Part shown: positions 11,726 to 22,725 of the stretch, in pieces
How positions within the stretch are numbered: the first letter of the stretch is position 1
Layout of the letters: every line of letters begins with the position of its first letter
Assembly: GCA_000004985.1 (NCBI GenBank)
Contig: GG738860.1
Strand: one strand, 5' to 3'
DNA from: Naegleria gruberi
Lineage: Eukaryota
DNA length: 64,000 nt
The notes under the pieces: model-generated
What the model saw: only the letters and a program-made list of their open reading frames with translations
What the model was told of the DNA's origin: nothing
The model's database searches: none
Made by a program: the position numbers and the translations under genes

Positions 11726-12307
11726 CTACCGTACATTGTTAATACTCTTCATGAACTCTTCAATAATGGCAAAGAAATTCAGTTTTAAACCACACTCCAA
11801 CTCGTATTTATATTTCTTCTTTTCAAATTCTATAAACTCATAAATAAATTCTTCTTTGATTATTTGGTACTCTGCTAGATTCTGACCTCCTTCTTGAGCA
11901 ATGGAACTTTTCGTTTTAGAGTCAATAAATTCAAGTTCCAAAGACCTGTTGAGAGTTTGGGGATTTTCTATTGGGAGTAGGTTTGTTGGAGTCATATCAA
12001 TACAATTAGTGTATTCTTTTGGATTTTGAGAGGCTATTAAATCCCTTGTTGACAATCTGTTCCTTTTTTTCTTTGGAAATTCAAAAGTTCTTGCCAGATG
12101 ATATTGTACAATGTATTGATGCAACAAGTCAGGATAACTAGCTTCAAAAATTGAGAAGGTTGTCAAGAGCTTGTTATCTAACGATGTTTCGACATTAACC
12201 CTTTCTTTCTTTTGAAATTTCTCAACAATTTTCTTCAGTATGGAAGGTTCTTTTGCTGGTTTCTCCTGTGAGGAACATTCTTTGGTTGGTGATATGATTA
12301 TTCCCAT
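11726..12307 (-). CDS. Hypothetical protein, 193 aa.
   Basis: Intact ORF with a real ATG. No recognisable domain. Confidence 0.4.
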   Translation of the reverse strand: MGIIISPTKECSSQEKPAKEPSILKKIVEKFQKKERVNVETSLDNKLLTTFSIFEASYPDLLHQYIVQYHLARTFEFPKKKRNRLSTRDLIASQNPKEYTNCIDMTPTNLLPIENPQTLNRSLELEFIDSKTKSSIAQEGGQNLAEYQIIKEEFIYEFIEFEKKKYKYELECGLKLNFFAIIEEFMKSINNVR

Positions 12308-12474
12308 TTTTTTAGTTTGTTATTTCAGTTTCATTTGCAAACATACTTCAATCTAAATATGTGAGTCTAACTTACCAATATTTATTTAACAGAGATTGAC
12401 AATCTTTGAAGGGTTCTTAGGTGAACGAATTGGTCACAAATCCCAATATGTAGAGATAAATCAGATGCTGACAT

Positions 12475-13314
12475 TTATTTCTTCTTGTTGGCACCTTCTC
12501 TGAGTTTTAAAAATAATTCATCAGGATTACTGACATTTTGCTCTTTCATTACATTGTAAAAGTCATCCATTACACCCTCGAATGTTTGGCCAGTTTCGTT
12601 AAGGAAGAATTGTTCCATACCATATTGATTCTTTCTAATGTCAGATAACATACTGTGTTTGAATGTTTCAAATTCTTCCTTTGAGATTGGCTTTGATTTT
12701 GGTGGTTCATGCATTGCTGGCATTGCCATATTTTCCAAATTTTCCAAATTGAAACCTCCAGTCTTGGCAGGGTTAAAATCTTCAGCATTAATTCCCAATT
12801 TAGCAAACACATCATCTGATAAAATCTTATTCATGTATTCTTCCATTTCCTTTCCTTCTTCTCCATCCAACATTTTCATAAATTGTTCAATTTGTTCAGG
12901 AGAATATTCTTCATGAATACCAGATGGTATCGAGAAACCACTTCTCTTTTCAAATTCCTTTTTAATTGAACCAAATTCAGGTGAATCAACAAAGTGAGCA
13001 TTTTCTTTGAAAACCTTTGCCAAATCTTCATATAATTTCTTTTCCTCTCCTGCTGCTTTTGGTTGTTGAACTGTGTCCAGTTTTCCAGTTTGGTCATAGA
13101 CCTTTTTCATTTGTTTATATTTCTTTGCCAATTCCTTTCTCTTTTCTCTAATCTTCTCCTTGATAGCATCAATATCATCACCAGTCAATTCCTTTCCACG
13201 TCTTTTAGCATCAGTCCAAACCATATCCTCATATCCTTCCATTTCTGCAAGATAGGCATTCCAAACAACGTCTTTTTGCATATCCTTCATTAATTCTTCC
13301 TCTTCCTTCGACAT
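12475..13314 (-). CDS. Acidic K/E-rich hypothetical protein, 279 aa.
   Basis: Long ORF with a real ATG and charged low-complexity composition. No recognised domain. Confidence 0.5.
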   Translation of the reverse strand: MSKEEEELMKDMQKDVVWNAYLAEMEGYEDMVWTDAKRRGKELTGDDIDAIKEKIREKRKELAKKYKQMKKVYDQTGKLDTVQQPKAAGEEKKLYEDLAKVFKENAHFVDSPEFGSIKKEFEKRSGFSIPSGIHEEYSPEQIEQFMKMLDGEEGKEMEEYMNKILSDDVFAKLGINAEDFNPAKTGGFNLENLENMAMPAMHEPPKSKPISKEEFETFKHSMLSDIRKNQYGMEQFFLNETGQTFEGVMDDFYNVMKEQNVSNPDELFLKLREGANKKK

Positions 13315-14288
13315 TTCTATTCAAAAAACAGAACAATTAACATCACACATTATAAAAACCTACTCAAAACATGTTCCGAAACTAAATCTTCATCAATAAA
13401 ACCGTTATTAAACTTCTTATTCTTTGATGAGATGGATCTTTGGAAAAAGGATGTATGGAGAGAAGCTTGCACAGATGATGAATTGCCACTTCTCATCAAC
13501 CCGACAATTTGTTTATTTGAATGGAGGTGTGTGGAGGCTTTGATAATTCTATTCATTTTTTTGAGTCAAGATGATGGAACTATTTGATGATCATTAAATA
13601 TTAAATTCATAAATATAATTGAAAATGTATTATTTGAGGGATATCTTGGATTTTAAATAAATTATTAATTGTATTAAATTATATATTTTAACAAGATTTA
13701 ATTTATTTAATATAAATTCGGGTGATGAAATAGAGTTTGCCAATTAGTATTTCAATCACAACGGAGGAAAGCAAATATGTGTGATGCAACGATTTGATTT
13801 GATTAAAACTATAAGCTGTAATTAAATTACAGTCACCCAGTAGTAATTAAATATTCGGCCTGAACGACTATTGAGGGTTTTACATCAGATGAAACAGTAC
13901 ATCAGATCGGATGTGTATTAAGAGGCATCACGATGTAAGATCATCAGCAATAACTGCCTTTCAATTGATAATAGTTAGTTTTAATGTTGGTTGGAGTTGA
14001 CAACAATCGAAATAGATTTGACGGTTTTACTAAGGTTATTATTAAATACCAAGACAATAACGAAAAAACCGTCAGCCATTAAAAACAAGCTTTATTACGG
14101 TTTGGATCGGTTGGAAGGGCAGCGTTGCCATGTTGAGCTTGTATTGACTTTATTGTAGTGAGGTCCGCTTTTTAAACAACAATCCACTCGACCCAACAAA
14201 AAACACAGAGGAAAAAAAAAGTGATTTCATCAAAGCACACCCCATCATCACGACACCTGTAAATAGCCGACCCTAATAGTTATCAAAT

Positions 14289-14813
14289 ATGCCATCACCT
14301 TCATCCCTTAAAATAATCATTGAGAATGAACAAGGACTTGTCAGTAGATGTATACAACAAGATAGCGACTCTGAAATAATGGAACACACCCTGAATACAG
14401 GTGCTATTTCTCCACATCCTTCCGAATCAAAGTGTAGTGTTGAGAAGGATGAGAAGTTATCCTTACTATTCTCTAGACTCGGTTTGAAGAACAACTCTCC
14501 TTCTCCAATTATTGAAAGATCACCAACATCCTTTCAAACCATATCAACAGATCATTCAAACCATAACCTCCAAGTCAACTCTTCGTTCCCTTTATTATTA
14601 GCTCCTTCAAATAAGAATAGAAAAAGTAGAATGGTCTTTTCAACACCTTCAGAAGAGGGAGAATCAACTGTTAGGGAAATACTTTCAACCCTCTCATCTA
14701 GATTTCACTCAGCAATAGAATCAAAGTCTTCGAGTTGTATCACCAAACAGAAAAAGATGAAATCAAGCTCATCTTCATCACATAGATTTTGTAAATCTTT
14801 TGATTCTTGTTAG
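14289..14813 (+). CDS. Ser-rich hypothetical protein, 174 aa.
   Basis: ORF with a real ATG and low-complexity S-rich sequence. Confidence 0.35.
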   Translation: MPSPSSLKIIIENEQGLVSRCIQQDSDSEIMEHTLNTGAISPHPSESKCSVEKDEKLSLLFSRLGLKNNSPSPIIERSPTSFQTISTDHSNHNLQVNSSFPLLLAPSNKNRKSRMVFSTPSEEGESTVREILSTLSSRFHSAIESKSSSCITKQKKMKSSSSSSHRFCKSFDSC

Positions 14814-15146
14814 AGAATCATGTAATCAGTGAGCTTTTACTATGCTTCTAAAGAGTCTTTTAACATTACCATTAACAAACTAAGTAATACTCTGAACTGT
14901 GGTTGTCTTTGATTCAGAATCTGAATAAACAACTAGGTTTCAACCGCTTTGTAAATTGATTTAACTCACTTTTAACATGTGCTTATTGACACTAATGGCT
15001 GGACTGTATTCTTGTTCACTCAAATAGAGATCTAACATTCCTTAATCACATTCTAATAAGAGCAAGCAGTCAACAGTCAAAGAAATGACGTATGAATAAA
15101 ATTCCTTGTCAAATCTCTTGTCATCAAAACTTTCAAGTTAAAAAAA

Positions 15147-17558
15147 ATGTCTTCATCAAACTGTTTCTTCCACATTTCCAATGTAAAGGCATCTTCAGAG
15201 AAGCCATTCGAAATCAAGGTCGACTCCACTATTGTCTTCTCCTCAACTGAAGATATTGATAAAAAGACAGTCACTCACGACATTCCCATTCCAAAATTTG
15301 CCTCTGTTCACAATGTCTACATGAACATCCTTGCTCCACTCAATGGATTAGATGAATTGGAAAGATACAATCTGTCCAACAAGGGAACTCACTTTATAAT
15401 TGATCCAACCAGATCTTCCAATCCAGTCAAGCAATGTTTCGATGAATCTGTAAGTTTCACTCACAACACACAAATATTTGATCATCATCTTTTTCCGGAC
15501 ATTTTACAAAATCAATTACTACTTCGATCATCAAATGGTTATCATCATTAAATATCATTATAACAACAATTTTAGGGTTCCACTCAATCACCAAGTTTGA
15601 ACACCACTAACACCTCTGGTTCAGCCTCTCCTCGCGCCTTGACTCCCACCAAAAAAACTACGGCCACTTCTACTTCGAGCATTCTCGGCGTGAAATCTAC
15701 AGTAAAATCAAGCCCTACTACTACAACTTCATCAACAGCCTCTTCCTCCTCTCAGGCAACTAATTCACCAAGACAACCAACAACTACCTCAAATATTAGA
15801 GTTCCTGTTTCAAGTGTTAAGCCAACAACTGAAAGTCAATCTACTAGTAGTACAACTCCAAGACAAACTGGTGATTTGAGCGGTAGAGGTGAAGTTAGTT
15901 TTGAAAGTGTTTTTGATGGTGTTGGAAATGCTGAAACAACCCTTACTTTCTGGTTGTATGGTGTTGAAGCATCTGTCAGATATCCATTCAGAATTTTGAT
16001 TGATGGTTTTTGTCTTTTCAGATGTGAACATGATGCTGAGAAAACTAAGGTTCAAATCAAGGTTAAGGAACCAAAATTCTCTCCAGAACACAAGATTAAT
16101 TTGAGTGTTGATATGCCTATGAAGACAGGTGTTACTAATCAAGATGTCAAGAGAATTGTTAACGAAAAGCGTTACAATTTGAGTGCATCTGGAAAATTCT
16201 TCCTGATTGATTTTGCAAAGAAGGAAGATTCAACACAATATGCTAAAGTTATTCAAAGCACAATTGAATCATTCAGTGGTTATGAGCAACCAGAACTTTA
16301 TGAAGAAAACAAATTTGAAAAGAGAAATGATGACTCTACACCAGCAGTTCAAACCACAATTTCATCTACTCCACTTGTTTTTGATGAATATCAAGTTGAT
16401 GCATCAAATTTAACTGCTGAACAAAGAGAAAAATTGTTAAAGGTTCAATCTTTAGAAGATAAGGGAATTTTGGATAAGGCTGAAGCAGATTTTGAAAGAA
16501 AGAATATTATTGGAGACAACAAACTTTTGTCATTCCCAAAGAAAACTCAAACTGTAGATGAAAAACAACCAGAAAAGCAACCAGAACCTGTAAAACAACC
16601 AGAACCAGAAATCCAAAAAGTTAAAACTCCAAGACAAGAAACATCCACTGTAAAACAACCAGAATTCATTGAACTCAAACTCTTCCTCTGTAACATTAAG
16701 GCCTCATCATCCCAACCATTCCAACTCATCTACAAACCTGAAAATGCTGTCATGATTTCACTAACTGAGGACGTTTCTCCTGAAAAGATTATTTGTGTGA
16801 AGGGTGAAATTCCATCTAATCCAAGTGGTGATACTATTGCTCCTCTTGTTATTGACATGCCAAAGGTTGGTGTCAAGCTTGAACACTCTTTGAACTTGAA
16901 GAATGGTAGATTTGCTATGATTGGTGTCAGTGACAATACCGCTGGTAAGGTCGTTTGTAGACAACAAAATGATGAAAACTTTGAAGGTTTCATTCAAGAT
17001 TCTGGACCAAAGGAAGAACCATCCAAGATTTTGGTTCACTTCTCTGGAATTCCAGCCAGCACCGAACAGCCATTCTTAATTTACATCAATGACAAGCAAG
17101 CTTACAAACGTGAAGAACCATTAAAGAAGAGACAAAAGGGATGCATCAATGGAGACATTCCAAAGAATAAGCGTATTAATCCTGACAGTGAGGCAAACCA
17201 CGTCGTTTCAGTTAAGGTTGAAGCACCAATGGTTTCACCAAATGCTAAGGTTGTAGCTGTTGATTTGACAAATAACGGAACTCATGTTTTTGTATCATGC
17301 AACCAAGAAACAAATGAAATTATTATCAAGCAAGGACATGAAGAAAACTCCAAGGAAGAAGATTTGAGAGTTTGTGAAGAAGTTGGAGCAAACAAGTCTA
17401 TCAGCTCAGCACCTCAAACAGAACAACCATCAGCAGGAAAGAAGCTCACAGAGCAAGATATTGAACTCTTGAAGAAATTGGCTGATTTGAAGAATGCTGG
17501 TATTTTAACAGAAACTGAATATGAATTGAAGAAGAAGGATATTTTGTTTGGTAATTAA
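15147..17558 (+). CDS. Repeat-module protein with SHOCT-like C-terminal motifs. Two exons: 15147-15449 and 15576-17558, about 761 aa.
   Basis: A GTAAGT donor at 15450 and a TTTAG acceptor at 15575 join two ORF-track pieces in frame. There are three or four copies of an approximately 90-aa module (…NxKASSxxPFxI…TED…xNLxNxGxxF). A PEVK-like KQPEP tract is present. The C-terminus has LLKKLADLKNAGILTETEYELKKKDIL (SHOCT-like) and an earlier LLKVQSLEDKGILDKAEADFERK. Confidence 0.65.
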
Positions 17559-18009
17559 CCAAATATGTGTTTCAACTTTTGATGAGGAATCTTTCAATAA
17601 AAACAATATCAAGCCTAATTTCTACCAAATATCTCCTCATGTTACCTCCTTCATCTAATAACGTTGCAGTTCATAAAGATTACGTTGAAACAACAGATTC
17701 GATAGAGTTTCATTTGACGAATCTTAAGAGAGACCTCACTCAACAAGGAATCTCATAAAGCAGCCTTAAGTGTTTGCTGCTTACTTCCAATGTTTACTCA
17801 ACAATAAAAAAACAACACAACAACAAATGCAATCCTTAGGTTCTCTTAATGATGTCTACAAAATGACTAAACATGAACGATTTTCTCAACGTAGCCTAGA
17901 AAAAATGATGGAAGATGGCAAACTCTACAACATAAAAAAGGCTGTCTAAAGAATAAAAGATGATGAAGATTATGGTTACATTTCACAAGAAAACCAACCA
18001 CCACAACAG

Positions 18010-18651
18010 ATGCAAAAACAAATCACTACAACAGACGCCCAAATCCTTAATCTTTTATTTTCTTTGAAGAATGATATGGCCAATATTAAACAAGACAATA
18101 ACAAGTTGAAAGAAGATAACAAGAAATTGAAAGAAGATAACAAGAAACTCATCACAAGAGTTGAGGTTTTAGAAAAAGATAGCAAGAAGTTGAAAGAAGA
18201 TAACACGAAGTTGAAAGAGGTTAACAAGAAACTCATCACAAGAGTAGAGGAATTAGAAAAAGATCACAAAAAGTTGAAAGAAGAAAACAAGAAACTCTTC
18301 ACAAGAGTAGAGGAATTAGAAAAAAAGGACTTGTTGAAAGTAAGAGCAAATACTTTGAAGGAGTTGTTCAGATACTTGGCAACCAAAGTTGCATCTCTGG
18401 TTTCTCCAATAGTTGATGCCACAAAACCAAACTGGTTTAATGTAATGCAATCTTATTGTAGTTCCAACATTGTTATTGAACTCCCTATCAGCCTATCTGC
18501 ACTTCAAGAGTTATGGAGCACTTACAAGATCTTAAGGTTTCCTAGAAATTACATTTGTCAAAAGCAGCTAGATGATAATTTGGCCCTTGTTTCTGGTGAT
18601 GAAAAGAAAGCCGTTCAATGGTATTTGGATCAGACTCAAAACAATCACTAA
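18010..18651 (+). CDS. Coiled-coil protein with tandem heptad-based repeats, 213 aa.
   Basis: Repeated KKLKEDNKKLITRVEELEKD units. Real ATG. Confidence 0.5.
   Translation: MQKQITTTDAQILNLLFSLKNDMANIKQDNNKLKEDNKKLKEDNKKLITRVEVLEKDSKKLKEDNTKLKEVNKKLITRVEELEKDHKKLKEENKKLFTRVEELEKKDLLKVRANTLKELFRYLATKVASLVSPIVDATKPNWFNVMQSYCSSNIVIELPISLSALQELWSTYKILRFPRNYICQKQLDDNLALVSGDEKKAVQWYLDQTQNNH
18100..18340 (+). repeat. Imperfect coding tandem repeat (21/63-nt periodicity) inside the coiled-coil gene.
   Basis: Reiterated ttgaaagaagataacaagaaactcatcacaagagt(a/t)gagg… units. Confidence 0.5.
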
Positions 18652-18676
18652 CTTTATTGCAATTTTGAATAAAACA

Positions 18677-19892
18677 CTAATAATAATATTGCTCATATTT
18701 TCTTCTGGTGAGAGAATAGATTCCACATTCATCATATTCATCCTGTGTTATCCAAACACTATCAAATGAACTCAAACTTGTCAAAATTGATCCACCAATA
18801 AATGGACAATTATATCTGTACTCAGTGTCACAGGTCTTTATGCCAATATTGAATGAATCTTTAGTGAGAGCTTTCAATTCATCCTCTATTCTTTCTTTAA
18901 ATCCAAAGAATTGACTAGTTCCTCCTGAAATAATAATATTAGAAAAGAGATTTTCTCTTGCATCTTGATCACACGCCAAAATTGCTTTGTGAATTAACTT
19001 GTCAATTCCATCACATTCTCTTCCAATCTTGTTTGGTTGAAATAATATTTCTGGTGCTATAAATCGTTCCATATCCACAACGATTTGATTTCCATCAGGT
19101 AACGTATAATTCATTGAAAATTCATTCTTGTCAATTGTAAAATCTCTCGGTCTCAGAACTCCTTCCATTAATTCCTTGTAATTATCAGCCACAAAACAAC
19201 ATTGCTCCTTCATTACTCTCAAATGTTCCAAATCACTCGATGATTCAGAGTAAAATCCCTTCTCAGACATTAAAACTTTTTGTAATTGTTTTGTAACATC
19301 ATCTCCTCCTAAATGAACCCTCTGAACTGCATTATAAAACGTATAGCCATTATAAATAGGTGTCACTGTTGTCACTTGATGACCAACATCCACAGCAACT
19401 CCTGTATAACTTCCACAACTGGAAGCAATTTTTAATTCACACTCAATTCATCCAAAATTTCCTAACCTACCTATACAAAATCAATCCACCAGAATTCTTT
19501 ACATAAAACTTTGGCACATGAAATGTCTCGAACATGATTCTCATCATTTGTTCGGAATTAAATTTCGGAGAAAGTGCTTGCTCGATCATTAGCACTGGAT
19601 GTTCAGAGGGATTAATCCTCAATTCATCCATCATTAGATAGGACCATACCCTCTCTAGATAATCCCAATTCTGTCCCACTCCATTCCTAATACATGGAGC
19701 AAGATTTAGAAAACATTGATTTTCGTGAGAAATTTGATTTCCCATGTAAAATTCTCTCGACTCGGCTCCGAACATTTCTGGTTTGATTTTCTGTTTGCCG
19801 ACCATTGAAGAAATGACAATGGATGGCTTTTCATCACTGGAAAATCCTGATTTGATAAGAGAGCTGCCGTTATCAATAATAATTGCTGTCAT
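18677..19892 (-). CDS. Actin-related protein (divergent Arp). Two exons: 19892-19471 and 19418-18677, about 387 aa.
   Basis: Actin-fold signatures IIDNGSSLIKSGF, EHPVLMIEQALSP, MFETFHVPKFYV, VDVGHQVTTVTPIYNGY, ISGGTSQFFGF. Exons joined via a GTAGGT donor and CCAG acceptor with a 52-nt intron. Confidence 0.8.
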
Positions 19893-19997
19893 TTTTTTTT
19901 GTAAAGTTTTTAAAAGATTTGATTGGATGTGAATGAGAATGAGGTGGTGAATAATATTATTGAGAAAATGGAGGAGATTTTAATGGAAATGGGTTGG

Positions 19998-21344
19998 TTA
20001 GTTGAAAGAAAGTGGTAGAAGGTCAGTATTTTCATAAATTTCGAATTGGATTTGAATTCTGCCAAGTGCGCTTTCTCTAATGACGAGAAGGGATTGTTCA
20101 TCGAGTGTCATTAAGGTTTGATTGGTTGAATCTATGAATGATATGTTGGAAATAACACAATTAGTTGGGAGATTCCACTGTTCCTTAATTTTTTGTTTGA
20201 AAATTGACATTGACATGAGCTCTTCTTTGGTAAACCCAAATAATCTTTGTTGGTTGTGAAAGTTTAGTTGGATTGGAATGATTTGAGGTCGATTCATTGG
20301 TGGTTGAGGCGTATGAATGATTGGATTCGGATAGGCCAGTTGTTGGTTTGGAATCATTGGACGAATATTGTTATTCGGAAGTTGTTGAGCCAATCCATTA
20401 AAAAGAAATGGAAAGTGAATGTTTGGAAGTTGAACATTCACCCAAGTAAATCCAGTAAATCCATTTCCATTTGAATTCATTGAGAAATGATTAATAGACG
20501 CATTATTGAATTGTTGTAAATGTGGTTGACCAATTAGGGATTGATTTTGGGGATGTCGCACCACTTGACCATTATTAAGCGGTACATGATTCATCACTCT
20601 TTCATTTTGATTACCATTTCTTATAGGATTCATGTTTGCTTGCTGATTAGTTCTAATAACATTTTCATTCTGTGGTTGATTTCTTGGTGGAGTATTATTC
20701 TGTCGTATCTGTCGTGGTGGAGTTACATTCATCCTATTTCGTGGTGGACTATTAGTCTGTATCTGTCGTGGCTGTTGTGGTGCTTGTTGTTGTACATTTT
20801 GATTCCAACCTTCTTGTTGACCTATTGGTGGTTGTTGTTGACCATTCATTTGAGCCTCCTCATTTTCAGAGCCATTCTCTTGTCCATTTTCAATTCCAAA
20901 TCTTTCCTGTAACTCCCTCGCTTTTCTGTTAATTTTCAAATAGAAATTCTCCATCAAGTATGGAACATAATGTTGCCTGCAATGTTTCCAACTTTTTTCC
21001 TGAATATTTTCAATGAACTTCAACAGCAAATTATCAATGAATGGAATGAGCTTGTTCTCGGTAATTAAACGAGGAAGAGAAGGTTCTGAGAAGACTCTAC
21101 GATTCTCCTCAGCAATGAAACATTTTACAATGTGAATTTTCTGGTACAGAGTAATGCGATGGTCGCAGTGGGTATCGTTATAGTGACAGGATGGACATCG
21201 GCTCGAGGAGAGATGAGGTAGGTTGGCTGGTGTGATGTACTCCTCATCTATGCTGTTACTACTTTCCGTATCACTTTCATCATCAATAATAACAGGTTCG
21301 GCAAATGACATTTTTTTTGACGTTTGAAAACTCGAATTTCCCAT
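19998..21344 (-). CDS. Member A of a tandem lineage-specific family (C-x2-C-x7-C-x-H motif, AEEN box, conserved C-terminal domain), about 448 aa from the first ATG.
   Basis: RCPSCHYNDTHCDHR…FIAEENRRVFSEPSLP. Long N/Q/P-rich linker. The C-terminal block is shared with B and C. Confidence 0.6.
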   Translation of the reverse strand: MGNSSFQTSKKMSFAEPVIIDDESDTESSNSIDEEYITPANLPHLSSSRCPSCHYNDTHCDHRITLYQKIHIVKCFIAEENRRVFSEPSLPRLITENKLIPFIDNLLLKFIENIQEKSWKHCRQHYVPYLMENFYLKINRKARELQERFGIENGQENGSENEEAQMNGQQQPPIGQQEGWNQNVQQQAPQQPRQIQTNSPPRNRMNVTPPRQIRQNNTPPRNQPQNENVIRTNQQANMNPIRNGNQNERVMNHVPLNNGQVVRHPQNQSLIGQPHLQQFNNASINHFSMNSNGNGFTGFTWVNVQLPNIHFPFLFNGLAQQLPNNNIRPMIPNQQLAYPNPIIHTPQPPMNRPQIIPIQLNFHNQQRLFGFTKEELMSMSIFKQKIKEQWNLPTNCVISNISFIDSTNQTLMTLDEQSLLVIRESALGRIQIQFEIYENTDLLPLSFN

Positions 21345-21398
21345 CGTAATTCCAACTTGAAGAACCAAATCAAATACATTGATTTATATTGAGTAAAT

Positions 21399-22520
21399 TT
21401 ACATATAAATATGATGATTAGTAACAGGCAACTCATCCTTTTGAATTCCATCAACTTTGAAAATCAAACAAATGTCATCTTTGAACCATTCATCTCTGGC
21501 AATTGCTAATGCTTTCTTATTGGCCAAGCAGAAATCTCTAGTCTTTGGATTGAGGATTAGAATTTCAGAGATGGTAAAATTATTAGAAACTGGCAACTCT
21601 TGCTTCAAGGCAATTACAAAATCTCTAACACTATCCAAATCAGATTTTGTCAATTTTGCAATGTAATTAACTTGTTTCAACTCAATTTGAACAAGTTTTT
21701 GATCTTCATTTGCTGATCTGACAGATCTTGTGGAGAAGGCGTCAGGAAGCTCAGATTCTGCAATCATTGAACCAATTTGATTACCATGATTTGGGACATT
21801 GACATTTGGCATAACTGGAGCATTTTGGGTTGGGTTGGAATCGTGAGGTTGGAGAATTACAACTTCATCTTCATCTTCCTCTTCAATGATGATTGGAGTT
21901 TCAAAAGTATTTCTTTGAACAGTTCCAAAAAAGGAAGCACATTCGAAATATTGTTGTTGATGAACAATAGAAGCATTGGAAGAATTCATTCGATGTGGAG
22001 GTTTAGTAATCTTGGATGGACTAACCTTCTCCTCCTTCGCTTGTTGTTGATGATTTGACTGATGACTTTGATGGTTGGCCATCACAGAACCATTGGTTGA
22101 AAAGCTTCCAAACAAATCGACAAGTGTTGGAGCATAGAATGTTGGTTTTACCTCCGCAGCACCATGAATAACACGATGAAAATCATCTGGCAATTCTGCT
22201 GTGAATCCATTCTTTGCAAAACGATGAAGTTTCTCATAGAATTCACCCAGTTTCATCTTGTATTCTGCTCTTTTTCTTGAATAATTACGATCTTCGAGAT
22301 GATGAGCAAACTCTTGAACACTAGCAAGAATGAAATCATCAAAAATTTCTCTCTTATTGGCTGGAACAGGAATGTCAGCAATATTTCGATTCTCCTCTGC
22401 ACAAAACATGCGAGGAAGACAACACTTTTGATGGAGAGAAATGCCATGAGTGCACACGATGCCATTGCGTTGACAGATTGGGCACCTGTTGGAATCTGTC
22501 TTTTTTACTCCACTGGACAT
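21399..22520 (-). CDS. Member B of the same tandem family, about 374 aa from the first ATG.
   Basis: RCPICQRNGIVCTHG…FCAEENRNIADIPVP…RNYS. C-terminal KLTKSDLDSVRDFVIALKQEL block. Confidence 0.6.
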   Translation of the reverse strand: MSSGVKKTDSNRCPICQRNGIVCTHGISLHQKCCLPRMFCAEENRNIADIPVPANKREIFDDFILASVQEFAHHLEDRNYSRKRAEYKMKLGEFYEKLHRFAKNGFTAELPDDFHRVIHGAAEVKPTFYAPTLVDLFGSFSTNGSVMANHQSHQSNHQQQAKEEKVSPSKITKPPHRMNSSNASIVHQQQYFECASFFGTVQRNTFETPIIIEEEDEDEVVILQPHDSNPTQNAPVMPNVNVPNHGNQIGSMIAESELPDAFSTRSVRSANEDQKLVQIELKQVNYIAKLTKSDLDSVRDFVIALKQELPVSNNFTISEILILNPKTRDFCLANKKALAIARDEWFKDDICLIFKVDGIQKDELPVTNHHIYM

Positions 22521-22725
22521 AAATATTTTTTTTAATTTAAATTTTTGACCAGATTTATTAAAAAACAAACTTTCTTGTTTTATGGACAACTACGAGTAGC
22601 GAAGCTATAAAGGTTCCTCTGGATAGAATTGGATTTTGTTTATTCTTGTAGGTTTGAATTGGGAATATTTCTAATAGTGTTCTTATTGTTAGAAATCTTT
22701 CGAATAGTATTTCGTTTTCGAAAGA

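Noticed and set aside
18100-18340. Regular short repeats that could be mistaken for a CRISPR-like array.
   Set aside because: The repeats are in frame inside a coiled-coil ORF (KKLKEDNKKLITRVEELEKD units) in a eukaryotic, intron-containing genome. No spacer/repeat architecture is present.
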